From Bacillota bacterium (GTDB taxonomy: Bacteria > Bacillota > JAAYKD01), in contig OY762825.2 of the NCBI GenBank assembly GCA_963666425.2, forward strand, positions 2,720,001-2,784,000: 64,000 bases of DNA. The letters are read 5' to 3'. The translations under genes were made by a program, and so were the position numbers. Numbering within the stretch: position 1 is the first letter of the stretch; every line of letters starts with the position of its first letter. Under the pieces are notes generated by a model. It ran no database searches, was not told where the DNA came from, and saw only the letters and a program-made list of their open reading frames with translations. This document shows, in pieces, positions 19,282-29,831 of the stretch.

Positions 19282-19316
19282 AAAACTATCCTCGATAAAG
19301 GAGATAGGGGTTCATC

Positions 19317-19796
19317 GTGGCAATTGAAAAAGTGAAACAATATTTTGCTCAGTATGGCATGGAACATCAGATCATTGAGTGCGCCCAATCGAGCGCGACG
19401 GTCGCATTGGCGGCAGCAGCTTTGGCAACGACACCGGAGCGAATTGCCAAGACCTTGGCCTTTCGCCAGGCAGACACTTGTGTGCTGATTGTGTTGGCGG
19501 GAGATGCCAAACTCGATAATAAAAAATACAAAGATTTCTTTCACTGTAAAGCATCCATGCTGGATGCAGCAGCGGTAGAACAATTTACCGGCCACGCCAT
19601 CGGCGGTGTTTGTCCGTTTGCTGTGGCAGCGGAAATCCCTATTTATCTGGATGTTTCTCTCCGTCGCTTCCAAACGGTTTATCCCGCCTGCGGCAGCAGC
19701 AACAGTGCAATTGAATTGAGCTGTGCAGAGCTGTTTTTGTATGCGCGGGCAAAAGACTGGATCGATGTGGGAAAAGACTGGCAGACCGAAAAATAG
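19317..19796 (+). CDS. YbaK/EbsC family aminoacyl-tRNA deacylase
   Basis: SSATVALAA, IAKTL, TGHAIGGVCPF and YPACGS. Confidence 0.9.
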   Translation: MAIEKVKQYFAQYGMEHQIIECAQSSATVALAAAALATTPERIAKTLAFRQADTCVLIVLAGDAKLDNKKYKDFFHCKASMLDAAAVEQFTGHAIGGVCPFAVAAEIPIYLDVSLRRFQTVYPACGSSNSAIELSCAELFLYARAKDWIDVGKDWQTEK

Positions 19797-19839
19797 ATTG
19801 CAGAACTGTAGCGTGCTGCAATCTTTTTCGGTTCAGCTG

Positions 19840-20709
19840 TTAGCCAATGTCAGTTGCTGCGGCTTTTGCTTTATGGCTGATGGCTAAAAGGTGCGTACTG
19901 AGTCCCAGCAGATTTTCTTCTTTTTCCACCAGACGAATGGACGACAAAATTGCTGCTTTGGCAATGGGATCCAGCCAGACCTGATCTAAATTCGGCACCA
20001 GCCAACCACAGCCGAGAATACCCCGCAGATCGTTGTCGGCAAAGCCGCCTTCGCGTAATTCCTGTCGCAGTCTGTGGGGGGAATGAAAGAAGGAGCGACC
20101 CATACCGCGGTAGGTGGAATTTTCCGGTTTACAATGCTGACCATCGCTCACCTCACGGCGGATCATCTCCTGAAAGGCCGGTTCCGTCAGCAACTGGTTA
20201 TTTCGGCCATAAGCAGTGGCAGCCCAAAGCAAGGTAGCAAAAGGGGAGATCGCAGCGCAGAACAGCAGCCCATCTTCTTTCAGCAAACGGCTGCACTCTG
20301 CCAGAGCAGACAAACGTTCCGCTTTTTCCACAATGTGATACAGCGGTCCGAACAAGAGGATCGCATCGGCAGAAGCAGAAGGTCTGGGAATGGCACGTGC
20401 ATCGCAGACGGTAGCTTCTGCCAGTTCGATGCCGGCATGCTCCGCCGCGAGCGAAGCGGAGTGCTGAATATTGGTTGCAGAGAGGTCGAAGAGATGCACC
20501 TGATAACCGAGCGCGGCCAAAGCCCAGGCGTATTCACCGTAACCACCGCCAATATCATAGAGCACGGCCGGTGCAGGCGGTAAGAATTCCCGAAGCAATT
20601 CCATGGTGCGGGCGAATTCGATCAAGCCGATTCCGCTGCGCAAACGTCCTTTTTCAATACCGGCATTATAAGCAGCCAATACATCGGCGTTTATGGTTTT
20701 ATCTTTCAT
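19840..20709 (-). CDS. Class I SAM-dependent methyltransferase
   Basis: Motif I YDIGGGYGEYA, then DAR and LLFGPLYH. AAAGGAG precedes ATG 20709. An in-frame TTG at 20784 also has a strong RBS (AAGGAGGTG), so the start is ambiguous. Confidence 0.85.
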   Translation of the reverse strand: MKDKTINADVLAAYNAGIEKGRLRSGIGLIEFARTMELLREFLPPAPAVLYDIGGGYGEYAWALAALGYQVHLFDLSATNIQHSASLAAEHAGIELAEATVCDARAIPRPSASADAILLFGPLYHIVEKAERLSALAECSRLLKEDGLLFCAAISPFATLLWAATAYGRNNQLLTEPAFQEMIRREVSDGQHCKPENSTYRGMGRSFFHSPHRLRQELREGGFADNDLRGILGCGWLVPNLDQVWLDPIAKAAILSSIRLVEKEENLLGLSTHLLAISHKAKAAATDIG

Positions 20710-20805
20710 CTTGATTACTCCTTTGTGTTTTTGTCTTGTTTGCGGACCGTTTTCGCTGCGGGCCGGCTCGGATTGGTTTGACAAGGCAGCATCACCTCCT
20801 TAAAT

Positions 20806-20852
20806 ATAAAAAACCTGCAGTCTCAAGCTCGAGCTGAGCTGATTCCGCAGGG
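20806..20852 (-). terminator. Intrinsic terminator in the 5' leader of the methyltransferase (candidate attenuator)
   Basis: On the minus strand, CCTGCGG...CTGCAGG is followed by TTTTTTATATTT just upstream of the RBS. Confidence 0.6.
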
Positions 20853-20872
20853 TCTGTTTGCTAAAGGCCGGT

Positions 20873-20950
20873 TCAAACAGACAAAACGAAAGCAGCGCTG
20901 CAGCAGGCTTGCATCGCTGAATTGTTTTGTTGTTGGTTATGAATCCGCAT
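20873..20950 (-). CDS. Putative 25-aa leader peptide MRIHNQQQNNSAMQACCSAAFVLSV
   Basis: AGAGG RBS upstream of ATG 20950. The stop codon lies inside a GTCTGTTTG/CAAACAGAC hairpin adjacent to the terminator. Confidence 0.5.
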   Translation of the reverse strand: MRIHNQQQNNSAMQACCSAAFVLSV

Positions 20951-21060
20951 CCTGGTTACCTCTGGTTCCTGAATAGTAAGGGTTATTCTAGAATCCCAGG
21001 CAAATTCCTTCTCTTTTTAGAAAAATGAGAACGCTAAAATCATGGAAAGGAGTTTTTCAA

Positions 21061-21648
21061 ATGAAGCTCAATTTGCTTTTTTTCCCCGATTTTGAAACTC
21101 TGGATGTTTTCGGTCCGGTCGAGATTTTTGGTCAGGTCGAGGACCTGCAGCTGCAGTATGTTTCGCTGACGGGGGGAGTCATCTGCAGCCATCAGAAAGC
21201 AGCGATCGTCACTCAAGCCCTGCAGGAGTCGGATGAGGACAGTATCTTATTTCTGCCGGGTGGCATGGGAACGCGTACTCTGGTGGAGGACCTTGAATTT
21301 ATCGGAAAATTAACTCGAATAGCAAAAGCGTCCCGTTACTGTCTGACGGTCTGTACCGGTTCTGCTCTGCTTGCTAAAACCGGTTTACTGGATGGCCGGC
21401 GCGCGACAACCAACAAACGTTCGTATCAATGGGCAACCGCACAGAGCGCGGCAGTCAACTGGCAGGCCAGCGCTCGCTGGGTTACGGATGGAAAATTCTA
21501 TACCTCTTCCGGTGTCTCGGCCGGTATGGATATGGCTTTGGGTTTTATAGCGGATCTTTATGGTAAAGCAACAGCCGAAACCATTGCCCGGAGAATTGAA
21601 TATGTCTGGCAGCAGAACCCTGAACAGGATCCTTTTGCTGTCAAATAA
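21061..21648 (+). CDS. DJ-1/PfpI family protein
   Basis: FETLDVFGPVE, PGGMG, the nucleophile motif VCTGS and TSSGVSAGMD. Confidence 0.9.
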   Translation: MKLNLLFFPDFETLDVFGPVEIFGQVEDLQLQYVSLTGGVICSHQKAAIVTQALQESDEDSILFLPGGMGTRTLVEDLEFIGKLTRIAKASRYCLTVCTGSALLAKTGLLDGRRATTNKRSYQWATAQSAAVNWQASARWVTDGKFYTSSGVSAGMDMALGFIADLYGKATAETIARRIEYVWQQNPEQDPFAVK

Positions 21649-21813
21649 GAGTAGAGTTGGCAGCAATCGTTTTGTCTGATTTGTTTGAAAAATCCCGGAT
21701 GATTTACAGCAGGAGAAACTCCGAAGAACAAAGGCGGCAAACGCTTTTTTTCTTGTGCTGCAGGAGAAAAACGACTATACTAAAATAGAATCTTTTTGGG
21801 GAGGCGAAATCGC

Positions 21814-22278
21814 GTGAGTCTGATTTATAAAGAGATCAATCAGGAAGATTATCAGAAAATCATCCACCGCTTTGGTTCTTGGGTCGAAAAACTGGCTTGC
21901 ATTCATCTGCAGGAGAATGCTTTTTCCCTGGCGGCGTTTGACCAAGAAGAGCCGATCGCTTTTATTTCAACCTATGTCAAGGCATTTCCCGCCCCGCTGG
22001 CTTCCATTGCTGACGCTTTTATCGATGTGATTGAAGTTGACGCTGCCTATCGGCGTCAGGGAGTAGCTCGTTCTTTCGTAACGATGACAGAATCCTGGGC
22101 ACGGGAACAGGGCTTATGCCAAATCAGAGCCTGGAGCAATCGCAGTAAAGAAGAGGCTTTCGCCATGTGGCTGGCTTTAGATTACTGCTTGTGTCCGGCT
22201 ACGATCCAGGCAGAGGGATTTCAGCAAGGCATAGAAGGATTCTATGTCGCTAAAAATCTCAAAGCGAAACGATATTGA
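21814..22278 (+). CDS. GNAT family N-acetyltransferase
   Basis: Acetyl-CoA motif IEVDAAYRRQGVA. GGAGG precedes GTG 21814. Confidence 0.8.
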   Translation: MSLIYKEINQEDYQKIIHRFGSWVEKLACIHLQENAFSLAAFDQEEPIAFISTYVKAFPAPLASIADAFIDVIEVDAAYRRQGVARSFVTMTESWAREQGLCQIRAWSNRSKEEAFAMWLALDYCLCPATIQAEGFQQGIEGFYVAKNLKAKRY

Positions 22279-22380
22279 GCATACAATACGAAGTATCATG
22301 CGCAGACAGCAGAAGGAATCCGTTCTTGCAATGTCAAATTGAAAGAAGCATACAATACCAGCAATAAATAAGGAAATGAA

Positions 22381-22854
22381 GTGAAGCATTTGAGACCATC
22401 ATGGGATGATTATTTCATGGAGATCGCAACGGTAGTTGCTAAGAGATCCACTTGCCTACGACGTCAGGTGGGAGCCATCTTAGTTCGTGATCGGCGAATT
22501 TTATCCACCGGTTATAATGGTGCTCCCAGCGGTTTGGCACATTGTCTGATCATTGGCTGCAAACGGGAACAGGAACAAATTCCTTCCGGTCAGCGTCATG
22601 AAATCTGCCGGGCAGTGCATGCAGAACAAAATGCAATCATTCAGGCGGCCTTGGCAGGCAGCAGCATCGAGGGAGCGGTTTGCTATACCACACTTTTTCC
22701 TTGTTCTCTCTGCGCTAAATTACTGATCAACAGCCACATCAAAGCGATTTATTACGGTGAAGGTTATCCGGATGAGTTGTCTATGGAATTATTAACGGAA
22801 GCTAAGATTCCGATGTACCGGATTCCAGCCGACAACATGGAAACGCCGGCATAA
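22381..22854 (+). CDS. dCMP deaminase (ComEB-like)
   Basis: [30 protein letters not shown] and PCSLC. Confidence 0.92.
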   Translation: MKHLRPSWDDYFMEIATVVAKRSTCLRRQVGAILVRDRRILSTGYNGAPSGLAHCLIIGCKREQEQIPSGQRHEICRAVHAEQNAIIQAALAGSSIEGAVCYTTLFPCSLCAKLLINSHIKAIYYGEGYPDELSMELLTEAKIPMYRIPADNMETPA

Positions 22855-22929
22855 AACTTTGAGATGTTTTACGTGCACGGCAAGGATATCCTGGCGTGAC
22901 AGCTATTTTTGTGATTAAGAGGAGTTATC

Positions 22930-24051
22930 ATGAACGGTACGAATATTTCTTTTTTAGAAACGGTTTTTACTTTTTCTATTGCACTCTTTTTATCGATTTG
23001 TTTTACGCCGATTGCTATGAAAATGGCAAAGAGCTTAAACATTATGGACAAACCCAATGCCCGCAAGACGCATAAGGTTGCGGTACCCTATTTGGGTGGA
23101 GTAGCCATTTTTTTTGCTTTTCTCGTTGCTTGCAGCCTTTTTGTCGCTTTAAGCAAAGAAATGCTCGGTATCCTGATTGGGGGTACCGTTTTACTGATTG
23201 TCGGAGCCGTCGATGATAAAATGGATATTTCGGCGAAACTGCGTTTGGCCATCCAATTTGGCTGCGCCTATCTTGCGGTCCGCTCAGGCATTGCCATTCA
23301 AGGCATTGGTAATCCTTTTAACGGTGAGTATATTTCACTCGGCTTTTTAAGTCTGCCTTTGAGTATGCTCTGGATCGTTACAGTGACCAATGTGATGAAT
23401 TTTATCGATGGCTTGGACGGTTTGGCTGCGGGCACCGCTGCCATTGCTTCTCTAACCTTGATGGTCGTCGCTTGGCAAATGGATTTATCCGAGGTCGTCT
23501 TCTTGTCAGCCGCCTTGGCCGGGGCCTGTATTGGCTTTTTACGTTATAATTTCCACCCCGCTAAAATTTTTATGGGAGATGCCGGTGCGCTTTTTATCGG
23601 ATTTGTCTTAGCTTGCCTTTCTATCCGCGGTCCTATGAAAGGTGCCACCTTTGCTACCATGCTGATCCCTATGCTCGCCTTAGGCTTACCGCTGTTCGAT
23701 ACAATGATCGTTTTTTTTAAGCGGATCAAGGCAGGAAAATCTCCGATGAATGCTGACAGAAGACATATTCATCATATTCTGTATGACAATGGCTTGACAC
23801 AGAAACAGACAGTTTTATGGCTTTACGCGATCTCGATTTGTCTTGGCTTATCCGCGATTGAAGTAACCAGCGTCCATGGTCGCTTGATTTCCTTTTTGGT
23901 TGGTTTGATCGGGGTTATTTTGTTTGTTTCGGCTCGCTCCTTGAATAAATTGGAAGCGGAAGTCAACACCAAAGGCTATGGCCGCAAGTTCGTCGATGAA
24001 TTACAGGAAGAATTAAAAAAACGAGAAAACAAAAAGCAGGAGGGTGAATAG
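22930..24051 (+). CDS. tagO: Undecaprenyl-phosphate GlcNAc-1-phosphate transferase (TagO/WecA)
   Basis: VPYLGG, GAVDD, NFIDGLDGL, NFHPAKIFMGDAG and DRRHIHH. Confidence 0.9.
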   Translation: MNGTNISFLETVFTFSIALFLSICFTPIAMKMAKSLNIMDKPNARKTHKVAVPYLGGVAIFFAFLVACSLFVALSKEMLGILIGGTVLLIVGAVDDKMDISAKLRLAIQFGCAYLAVRSGIAIQGIGNPFNGEYISLGFLSLPLSMLWIVTVTNVMNFIDGLDGLAAGTAAIASLTLMVVAWQMDLSEVVFLSAALAGACIGFLRYNFHPAKIFMGDAGALFIGFVLACLSIRGPMKGATFATMLIPMLALGLPLFDTMIVFFKRIKAGKSPMNADRRHIHHILYDNGLTQKQTVLWLYAISICLGLSAIEVTSVHGRLISFLVGLIGVILFVSARSLNKLEAEVNTKGYGRKFVDELQEELKKRENKKQEGE

Positions 24052-25233
24052 ATGCAGGCATTGACAAAAATCAAGGTCATGACGATTTTCGGTACCAGAC
24101 CGGAAGCGGTGAAAATGGCGCCATTGGTCAAAGCCCTGGAAGCATGCCAGACGGATATTATCTCCCAGGTTTGTGTCACCGGACAGCATCGGGAAATGCT
24201 GGATCAAATTCTGAAAACATTCTCTATCACACCGGATTTTGATCTCAATATCATGCAGCAAAGACAGACTCTGACGGGGATCGCAATTCGTGCAATGCAG
24301 GGCCTTGAACCGGTGCTCGCAGCAGAGAAACCGGATTTGGTTTTGGTGCATGGCGATACACTGACCTCCTTCATCGCCGCCTTGGTCGCTTATTTCCACC
24401 AGATTCCCATCGGCCATGTGGAAGCCGGCTTACGGACTTATGACAAATATTTTCCTTTTCCGGAAGAGATGAACCGGCAGTTGACCGGCAGGTTAGCCGA
24501 TTTGCATTTTTCACCGACCCCTTTGGCCAGAGAAAATCTACTGACCGAACGTATTCCGGAAGAAAGAATCTTTGTCACAGGCAATACCGTGATTGACGCC
24601 ATGGCTTACACAGTGCGGCCGGATTATCATTTTACGGTTGAGAGCCTCAACCAACTCGGTAAAGAACGGCGTCTGATTACAGTGGAAGCGCATCGCAGAG
24701 AGAATTTAGGCGAACCGATGCAGCACATCGCCAATGCACTGCGCCGCATTGTGCTGGCGCATGAAGACGTTGAATTGTGTTTTCCGGTACATCTGAACCC
24801 GGCAGTCAGGGAAGTTATCTTTCCTATTTTGCAGGATTTGCCAAGAGTTCATCTGGTGGAACCGCTGGATGTCGATGATATGCATAACCTGATGGCGCGC
24901 AGCTATCTGATCCTGACCGACTCCGGCGGAATTCAGGAAGAAGCACCTGCTTTAAGTAAACCTGTTCTGGTGCTGCGTGATGTGACAGAACGGCCGGAAG
25001 CGATTGCGGCAGGAACGGTGATCTTAGTCGGGACCAACGAAAACCGGATTGTAGAACAAGCGAATGCCTTGTTGGATGATCCGGAGCTGTATCAGAAAAT
25101 GAAACGGGCAGTCAATCCGTATGGAGACGGTCAGGCTTGCCGCAGAATCGTGGAGGCAATTCTCTATACCTTCTGTCACCGGGATGATCCCCCGGAAGCG
25201 TTTATCGCAAAGCTGAGCAAAGAGGAAGATTAA
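24052..25233 (+). CDS. wecB: UDP-N-acetylglucosamine 2-epimerase (non-hydrolysing)
   Basis: FGTRPEAVKMAP, TGQHREML, HVEAGLR, HRREN, TDSGGIQEE and NPYGDG. Confidence 0.95.
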   Translation: MQALTKIKVMTIFGTRPEAVKMAPLVKALEACQTDIISQVCVTGQHREMLDQILKTFSITPDFDLNIMQQRQTLTGIAIRAMQGLEPVLAAEKPDLVLVHGDTLTSFIAALVAYFHQIPIGHVEAGLRTYDKYFPFPEEMNRQLTGRLADLHFSPTPLARENLLTERIPEERIFVTGNTVIDAMAYTVRPDYHFTVESLNQLGKERRLITVEAHRRENLGEPMQHIANALRRIVLAHEDVELCFPVHLNPAVREVIFPILQDLPRVHLVEPLDVDDMHNLMARSYLILTDSGGIQEEAPALSKPVLVLRDVTERPEAIAAGTVILVGTNENRIVEQANALLDDPELYQKMKRAVNPYGDGQACRRIVEAILYTFCHRDDPPEAFIAKLSKEED

Positions 25234-25298
25234 CTTTTAAGTTTTCGCAGCTTTTGCACGGCACAGCGGATCAGGCTCATCGTTTGCTTTGCTCAAAA

Positions 25299-25349
25299 AG
25301 AAAAGCATCCCTCCTTTTGTTTGATTCAAAACAAAGGGAGGGATTTTCT
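25299..25349 (+). terminator. Intrinsic terminator after wecB
   Basis: ATCCCTCCTTTTGTTT/AAACAAAGGGAGGGAT stem followed by TTTCT. Confidence 0.65.
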
Positions 25350-25547
25350 GTCTGCAAACGCGAGAATCAACAAGTTTCAGCAACAGCCAAAAAAAGAAAG
25401 GGTTTTCTGTTTCAGGCACGAATTTTAGTAATGTTACAAACAGATTACAGAACAGACCGCTGGCAGGCAATCGAAGATCCGCTGCGAAAGCAGCTTTGAT
25501 ACGAAAACATTAGCATATGAATGAATCAATAAATTAGGGGTGGAGCA

Positions 25548-26803
25548 ATGGCTTACTTAAAAATAGATGGCAGCAGAAAATTGAAGGGAAGATTAAAGTA
25601 CACGGCGCCAAAAATGCGGTTTTACCGATCATGGCGGCTACTTTGCTCTCTGCAGAACCTTGCCTTTTACATAGTGTTCCTTCTACTTTGGAAGACGTCT
25701 TGATGATGAAACAGATCCTGGAAGCAGTAGGTGCCAAAATTCAGCATGAACAGGATACGATGTCGATCGATTTTTCCACCGTCAGTAATTGGGAAGCACC
25801 TTACGAATTGGTTTCCAAGATGCGTGCTTCTTTTGTTGTGCTCGGTCCGATGTTGGCAAGAATCGGGCAGGCTAAAATCCCCATGCCGGGTGGCTGCGCT
25901 ATCGGCACCCGACCGGTGGATTTGCACCTGAAAGGGATGCAGGCGCTGGGTGCGGAAATCAGTTTGTCAAACGGGTATGTACATGCCAAAGCGGCACGGT
26001 TAAGAGGCAATCATATCTACTTGGATTTTCCCAGTGTCGGCGCTACTCAAAATATCATGATGGCTGCAACGCTGGCAGAAGGCAGCACCGTCATTGAAAA
26101 CGCTGCTGCCGAACCGGAAATCAGTGATTTGGCGACCTTCCTCAATTCCTGCGGTGCTCATATCCACGGCGCCGGTACCAATGTGATCCGCGTGGAAGGG
26201 GTGCAGCAGCTGCATGGCTGTCAGCATGAGGTGATACCCGACCGGATTGAAGCGGGTACTTTCCTGATTGCGGCAGCCATCACCGGCGGTGATGTTTTTG
26301 TAGAGGGGGCTGTCTCCAATCACATGAAGCCGGTCTTAGCCAAACTGCGGGAAGTCGGCTGCCAGATTCAGGACCAGCGGGACGGGATTCGGATTCAAGG
26401 ACCGGAGAAGCTATTATCCACCCATGTCACTACACTGCCGCATCCCGGTTTCCCCACCGATATGCAGGCGCAGATGATGGCGATGTTAACTTTGGCGGCA
26501 GGAAACAGCATGATCACGGAAACTGTGTTCGAAAATCGTTTTCAGCATACGGAAGAATTAATCCGGATGGGTGCCAACATCCGTATCGACGGCCGCACCG
26601 CATTTCTGCAGGGGGTTCGGCAATTAACCGGCGCTCAGGTGCAGGCGACCGATTTACGGGCAGGCGCGGCTCTGGTTTTAGCCGGTATGGCTGCGGAGGG
26701 AGAAACACGGGTGCATCAGATTTACCATATCGACCGAGGTTATGTTAAACTGGAAGAAAAACTGCGTGGGATCGGCGCTGCCATTCAGAGAGTAGAAAGC
26801 TAG
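25548..26803 (+). pseudogene. murA: UDP-N-acetylglucosamine 1-carboxyvinyltransferase with a 1-nt frameshift near codon 14 (real lesion or sequencing error)
   Basis: ATG 25548 gives MAYLKIDGSRKLKG. The conserved continuation KIKVHGAKNAVLPIMAA is in the -1 frame from 25589. The downstream PGGCAIGTRPVDLH, FPTDMQ and TDLRAGAAL motifs are intact. Confidence 0.85.
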
Positions 26804-26860
26804 AACTTCTATTTTTCGCTCCGGCAAAAGACCAATCTCCATCATGTCGATAGAGAAGAG

Positions 26861-26910
26861 AAAGCCAAATCGGATCCGGTATCATGCGCCGGATCCGATT
26901 TGGCTTTTTT
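26861..26910. terminator. Bidirectional terminator (murA/clpB)
   Basis: Perfect 19-bp stem AAAGCCAAATCGGATCCGG/CCGGATCCGATTTGGCTTT. Confidence 0.9.
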
Positions 26911-26918
26911 GCTGTGAT

Positions 26919-29516
26919 TTACTTTACGATCTGCAGGGTCTCATCGACTGCATCGATCAGCACCGTGCTGCCCGGCAGCAAGTCGCCTTGCAGGATATGG
27001 CGTCCAATCAGCGTCTCTAAATTACGCTGCAGGTAGCGGCGCAGCGGACGGGCACCATAGAGAGGATCATAGGCAGCCTCAATTACAAAAGCTTTGGCTT
27101 TCGGAGTTAAGGTGCAGCTCAGTTGCTGCTTGCTCAGGCGTTGGTTCAATTCCGCGATCAGTAAATCGATGATTTGGCTGATATCCGCTTTGCTCAGCGG
27201 TTTGTAGAAGACAATTTCGTCCAGACGATTGAGGAATTCCGGTCGGAAGGTTGTTTTTAGCAAACTCTCTACCAAGTCTTTGGCTTCTGTTGTGATTTCG
27301 CCGTTGACATCGATCCCTTCCAACAGATAGGAAGAACCAAGATTGGAGGTGAGAATCAGTATGGTGTTCTTGAAATCAACCGTCCGGCCTTGTGAATCGG
27401 TGATCCGACCATCATCCAGGACTTGCAGCAGAATATTGAAAACATCGGGATGGGCTTTTTCGATTTCATCAAACAAAACGACAGAATAAGGCGCGCGGCG
27501 CACCGCTTCGGTCAATTGTCCGCCTTCTTCGTAACCGACATAACCCGGAGGTGCTCCGATCAAGCGTGAAACAGAGAACTTTTCCATATATTCACTCATA
27601 TCGATGCGGATCAAATTGCGTTCACTGTCAAAAAGTGTGGCTGCTACCGCTTTGGCTAATTCTGTTTTACCAACGCCGGTCGGTCCCAAAAAGAGGAAAG
27701 AACCAATGGGGCGATTAGGATCCTGCAGGCCGGAACGGGAACGAATAATTGCCTCGCTGACTTTCGTAACGGCTTCATCCTGGCCAATCACGCGTTGGTG
27801 CAGAATCTGATCCAAATGCAGGATTTTTTCCCGCTCGCCTTCCAATAATTTAGCGACCGGAATACGGGTCCAGCGTTCGACGATACGGGCGATTTCTTCT
27901 TCGGTTACTTTGTCACGCAGCAGCGTGGTTTTGCGGCCGACTTGAGCAGCCTGCTCTTCTTCTGCCAATTGCTTTTTCAAAGCGGGAATTTTACCGTATT
28001 TCAATTCAGCGGCTTTGTTCAAGTCGTAATTGCTTTCTGCCTGTTCCATTTGGGCCTGTAAAGTTTCCAACTCGGCACGTAGTTTCTGCACTTTGCCGAT
28101 GCTTTGTTTTTCATTTTCCCATTGCGCCTTCATGGCATTGAATTGATCGCGCATACCGGCAAGTTCCTTTTGAATTTCTTTTAAGTGTTCCAGCGAAAGC
28201 GGATCATTTTCTTTCTTTAAAGCGGCTTCTTCAATCTCATGCTGAATGATCTTGCGTTGGATCACATCCAGTTCGGTTGGCATGGAATCAATTTCCGTGC
28301 GGATCATCGCACAGGCTTCATCAATTAAGTCTAGTGCTTTATCGGGCAGGAAGCGATCGGTAATGTAGCGCTGCGAGAGAGTAGCCGCTGCGATAATGGC
28401 CTGATCCTGGATTTTAACGCCATGGAAGACTTCGTAGCGCTCTTTCAAACCGCGTAAAATACTGATCGTATCTTCCACGCTGGGTTCCAAAACCATTACC
28501 GGTTGGAAGCGACGCTCTAAGGCGGCATCCTTTTCAATGTACTGACGATATTCGTTGAGAGTCGTCGCACCAATGCAATGCAGTTCACCGCGTGCCAGCA
28601 TAGGTTTCAGCATATTGCCGGCATCCATGGCGCCTTCTGTTTTACCGGCGCCGACAATGGTATGCAGTTCATCGATGAACAGAATGACTTTGCCTTCGCT
28701 TTGCTTAATTTCGTTTAAGACCGCTTTCAAACGTTCTTCAAAGTCTCCACGGAATTTTGCACCGGCAATTAGAGAACCGATATCCAGGGAGAAGATGGTT
28801 TTTTCCTTCAGGCTGGTTGGTACATCACCGCGGACAATCCGCTGCGCCAATCCTTCCGCAATGGCCGTTTTCCCAACACCGGGTTCACCGATCAGGACTG
28901 GATTGTTCTTGGTTTTACGGGAAAGAATGCGGATGACATTACGGATTTCATCATCCCGGCCGATGATGGGATCTAGTTTTTTATTGCGGGCTTGCTCCAC
29001 CAGATCGGTGCCGTATTTCTTTAGGGCGTCATAGGTATTTTCCGGGGTATCAGTGGTGACCCTGGTATTGCCGCGCACCGTGGCCAGGGCTTTGAGAAAA
29101 CCGGCTTCCGAAATAGCCTGGGCCGCAAACAACCGGCTCAGCTGATTCCCCGGCTGCTGCAGCATACCGAGAAAAAGATGTTCCACGGAAACAAAATCAT
29201 CATGCATTTTTTGCGCTGTTTTTTCTGCCGCATTGAGAATTTGATCGACCGCCGGTGAAACGTAGATTTTATCCGCTTCCCGACCCGACCCGGTCACTGC
29301 CGGATAGCCTTTCACCAATTTCTCGGTTTCTTCTGTTAATTTTTCTGGTGAAATCTGCATTTTGCGTAAAATTTCCGGGATGAGACCGCTTTCCTGCTGC
29401 AGTAAAGCCAGCAAGAGGTGAGGCGCTTCCAATTGCTGATTCTGATTTGAAATCGTTAAAGATTGAGCAGCTTCCAGTGCCTCCAGTGATTTTTGAGTAA
29501 GTTTTTGTGTATTCAT
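26919..29516 (-). CDS. clpB: ATP-dependent chaperone ClpB
   Basis: Two AAA+ modules ([16 protein letters not shown]), a long coiled-coil M-domain with AAELKYG, and GARPLRR. Confidence 0.96.
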   Translation of the reverse strand: MNTQKLTQKSLEALEAAQSLTISNQNQQLEAPHLLLALLQQESGLIPEILRKMQISPEKLTEETEKLVKGYPAVTGSGREADKIYVSPAVDQILNAAEKTAQKMHDDFVSVEHLFLGMLQQPGNQLSRLFAAQAISEAGFLKALATVRGNTRVTTDTPENTYDALKKYGTDLVEQARNKKLDPIIGRDDEIRNVIRILSRKTKNNPVLIGEPGVGKTAIAEGLAQRIVRGDVPTSLKEKTIFSLDIGSLIAGAKFRGDFEERLKAVLNEIKQSEGKVILFIDELHTIVGAGKTEGAMDAGNMLKPMLARGELHCIGATTLNEYRQYIEKDAALERRFQPVMVLEPSVEDTISILRGLKERYEVFHGVKIQDQAIIAAATLSQRYITDRFLPDKALDLIDEACAMIRTEIDSMPTELDVIQRKIIQHEIEEAALKKENDPLSLEHLKEIQKELAGMRDQFNAMKAQWENEKQSIGKVQKLRAELETLQAQMEQAESNYDLNKAAELKYGKIPALKKQLAEEEQAAQVGRKTTLLRDKVTEEEIARIVERWTRIPVAKLLEGEREKILHLDQILHQRVIGQDEAVTKVSEAIIRSRSGLQDPNRPIGSFLFLGPTGVGKTELAKAVAATLFDSERNLIRIDMSEYMEKFSVSRLIGAPPGYVGYEEGGQLTEAVRRAPYSVVLFDEIEKAHPDVFNILLQVLDDGRITDSQGRTVDFKNTILILTSNLGSSYLLEGIDVNGEITTEAKDLVESLLKTTFRPEFLNRLDEIVFYKPLSKADISQIIDLLIAELNQRLSKQQLSCTLTPKAKAFVIEAAYDPLYGARPLRRYLQRNLETLIGRHILQGDLLPGSTVLIDAVDETLQIVK

Positions 29517-29577
29517 CGCTCGATCTCCTTTTTTTGTCTCTGCCGAGTATTTCGGCGGGAATGGTAGGGGAGAGATA

Positions 29578-29631
29578 TTTGACCTTCTCTGACCTTCAAC
29601 CCTATTATAATCCTTTTTCAGGATTTTTCAA
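29578..29631 (-). promoter_or_regulatory. Sigma-A promoter with downstream CtsR operator for clpB
   Basis: Minus strand TTGAAA-N16-TATAAT, then GGTCAGA-GAA-GGTCAAA, matching the CtsR heptad direct repeat. Confidence 0.75.
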
Positions 29632-29831
29632 GTCTGATATAGCAAAGAAAGAGGTCGGAATTTATTTGAATGCATGAGATTTTACAGAATCTGCATTCGT
29701 TTCGGATTGGAACAAAGAAAAGGTTTGCTTTCGCATATCGGTCGATTCGAATTCCTGCGCAGCACTCTGTTCAAATAAAAAAAACTGTGCTATAATCAGA
29801 CAAAATAAAAAAACAGCTGGAGTGTGACAAT

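Noticed and set aside
22278-22358. 12-bp direct repeat AGCATACAATAC as a target-site duplication
   Set aside because: It flanks only 57 nt with no element features. Tandem -10-like boxes or chance explain it equally well.
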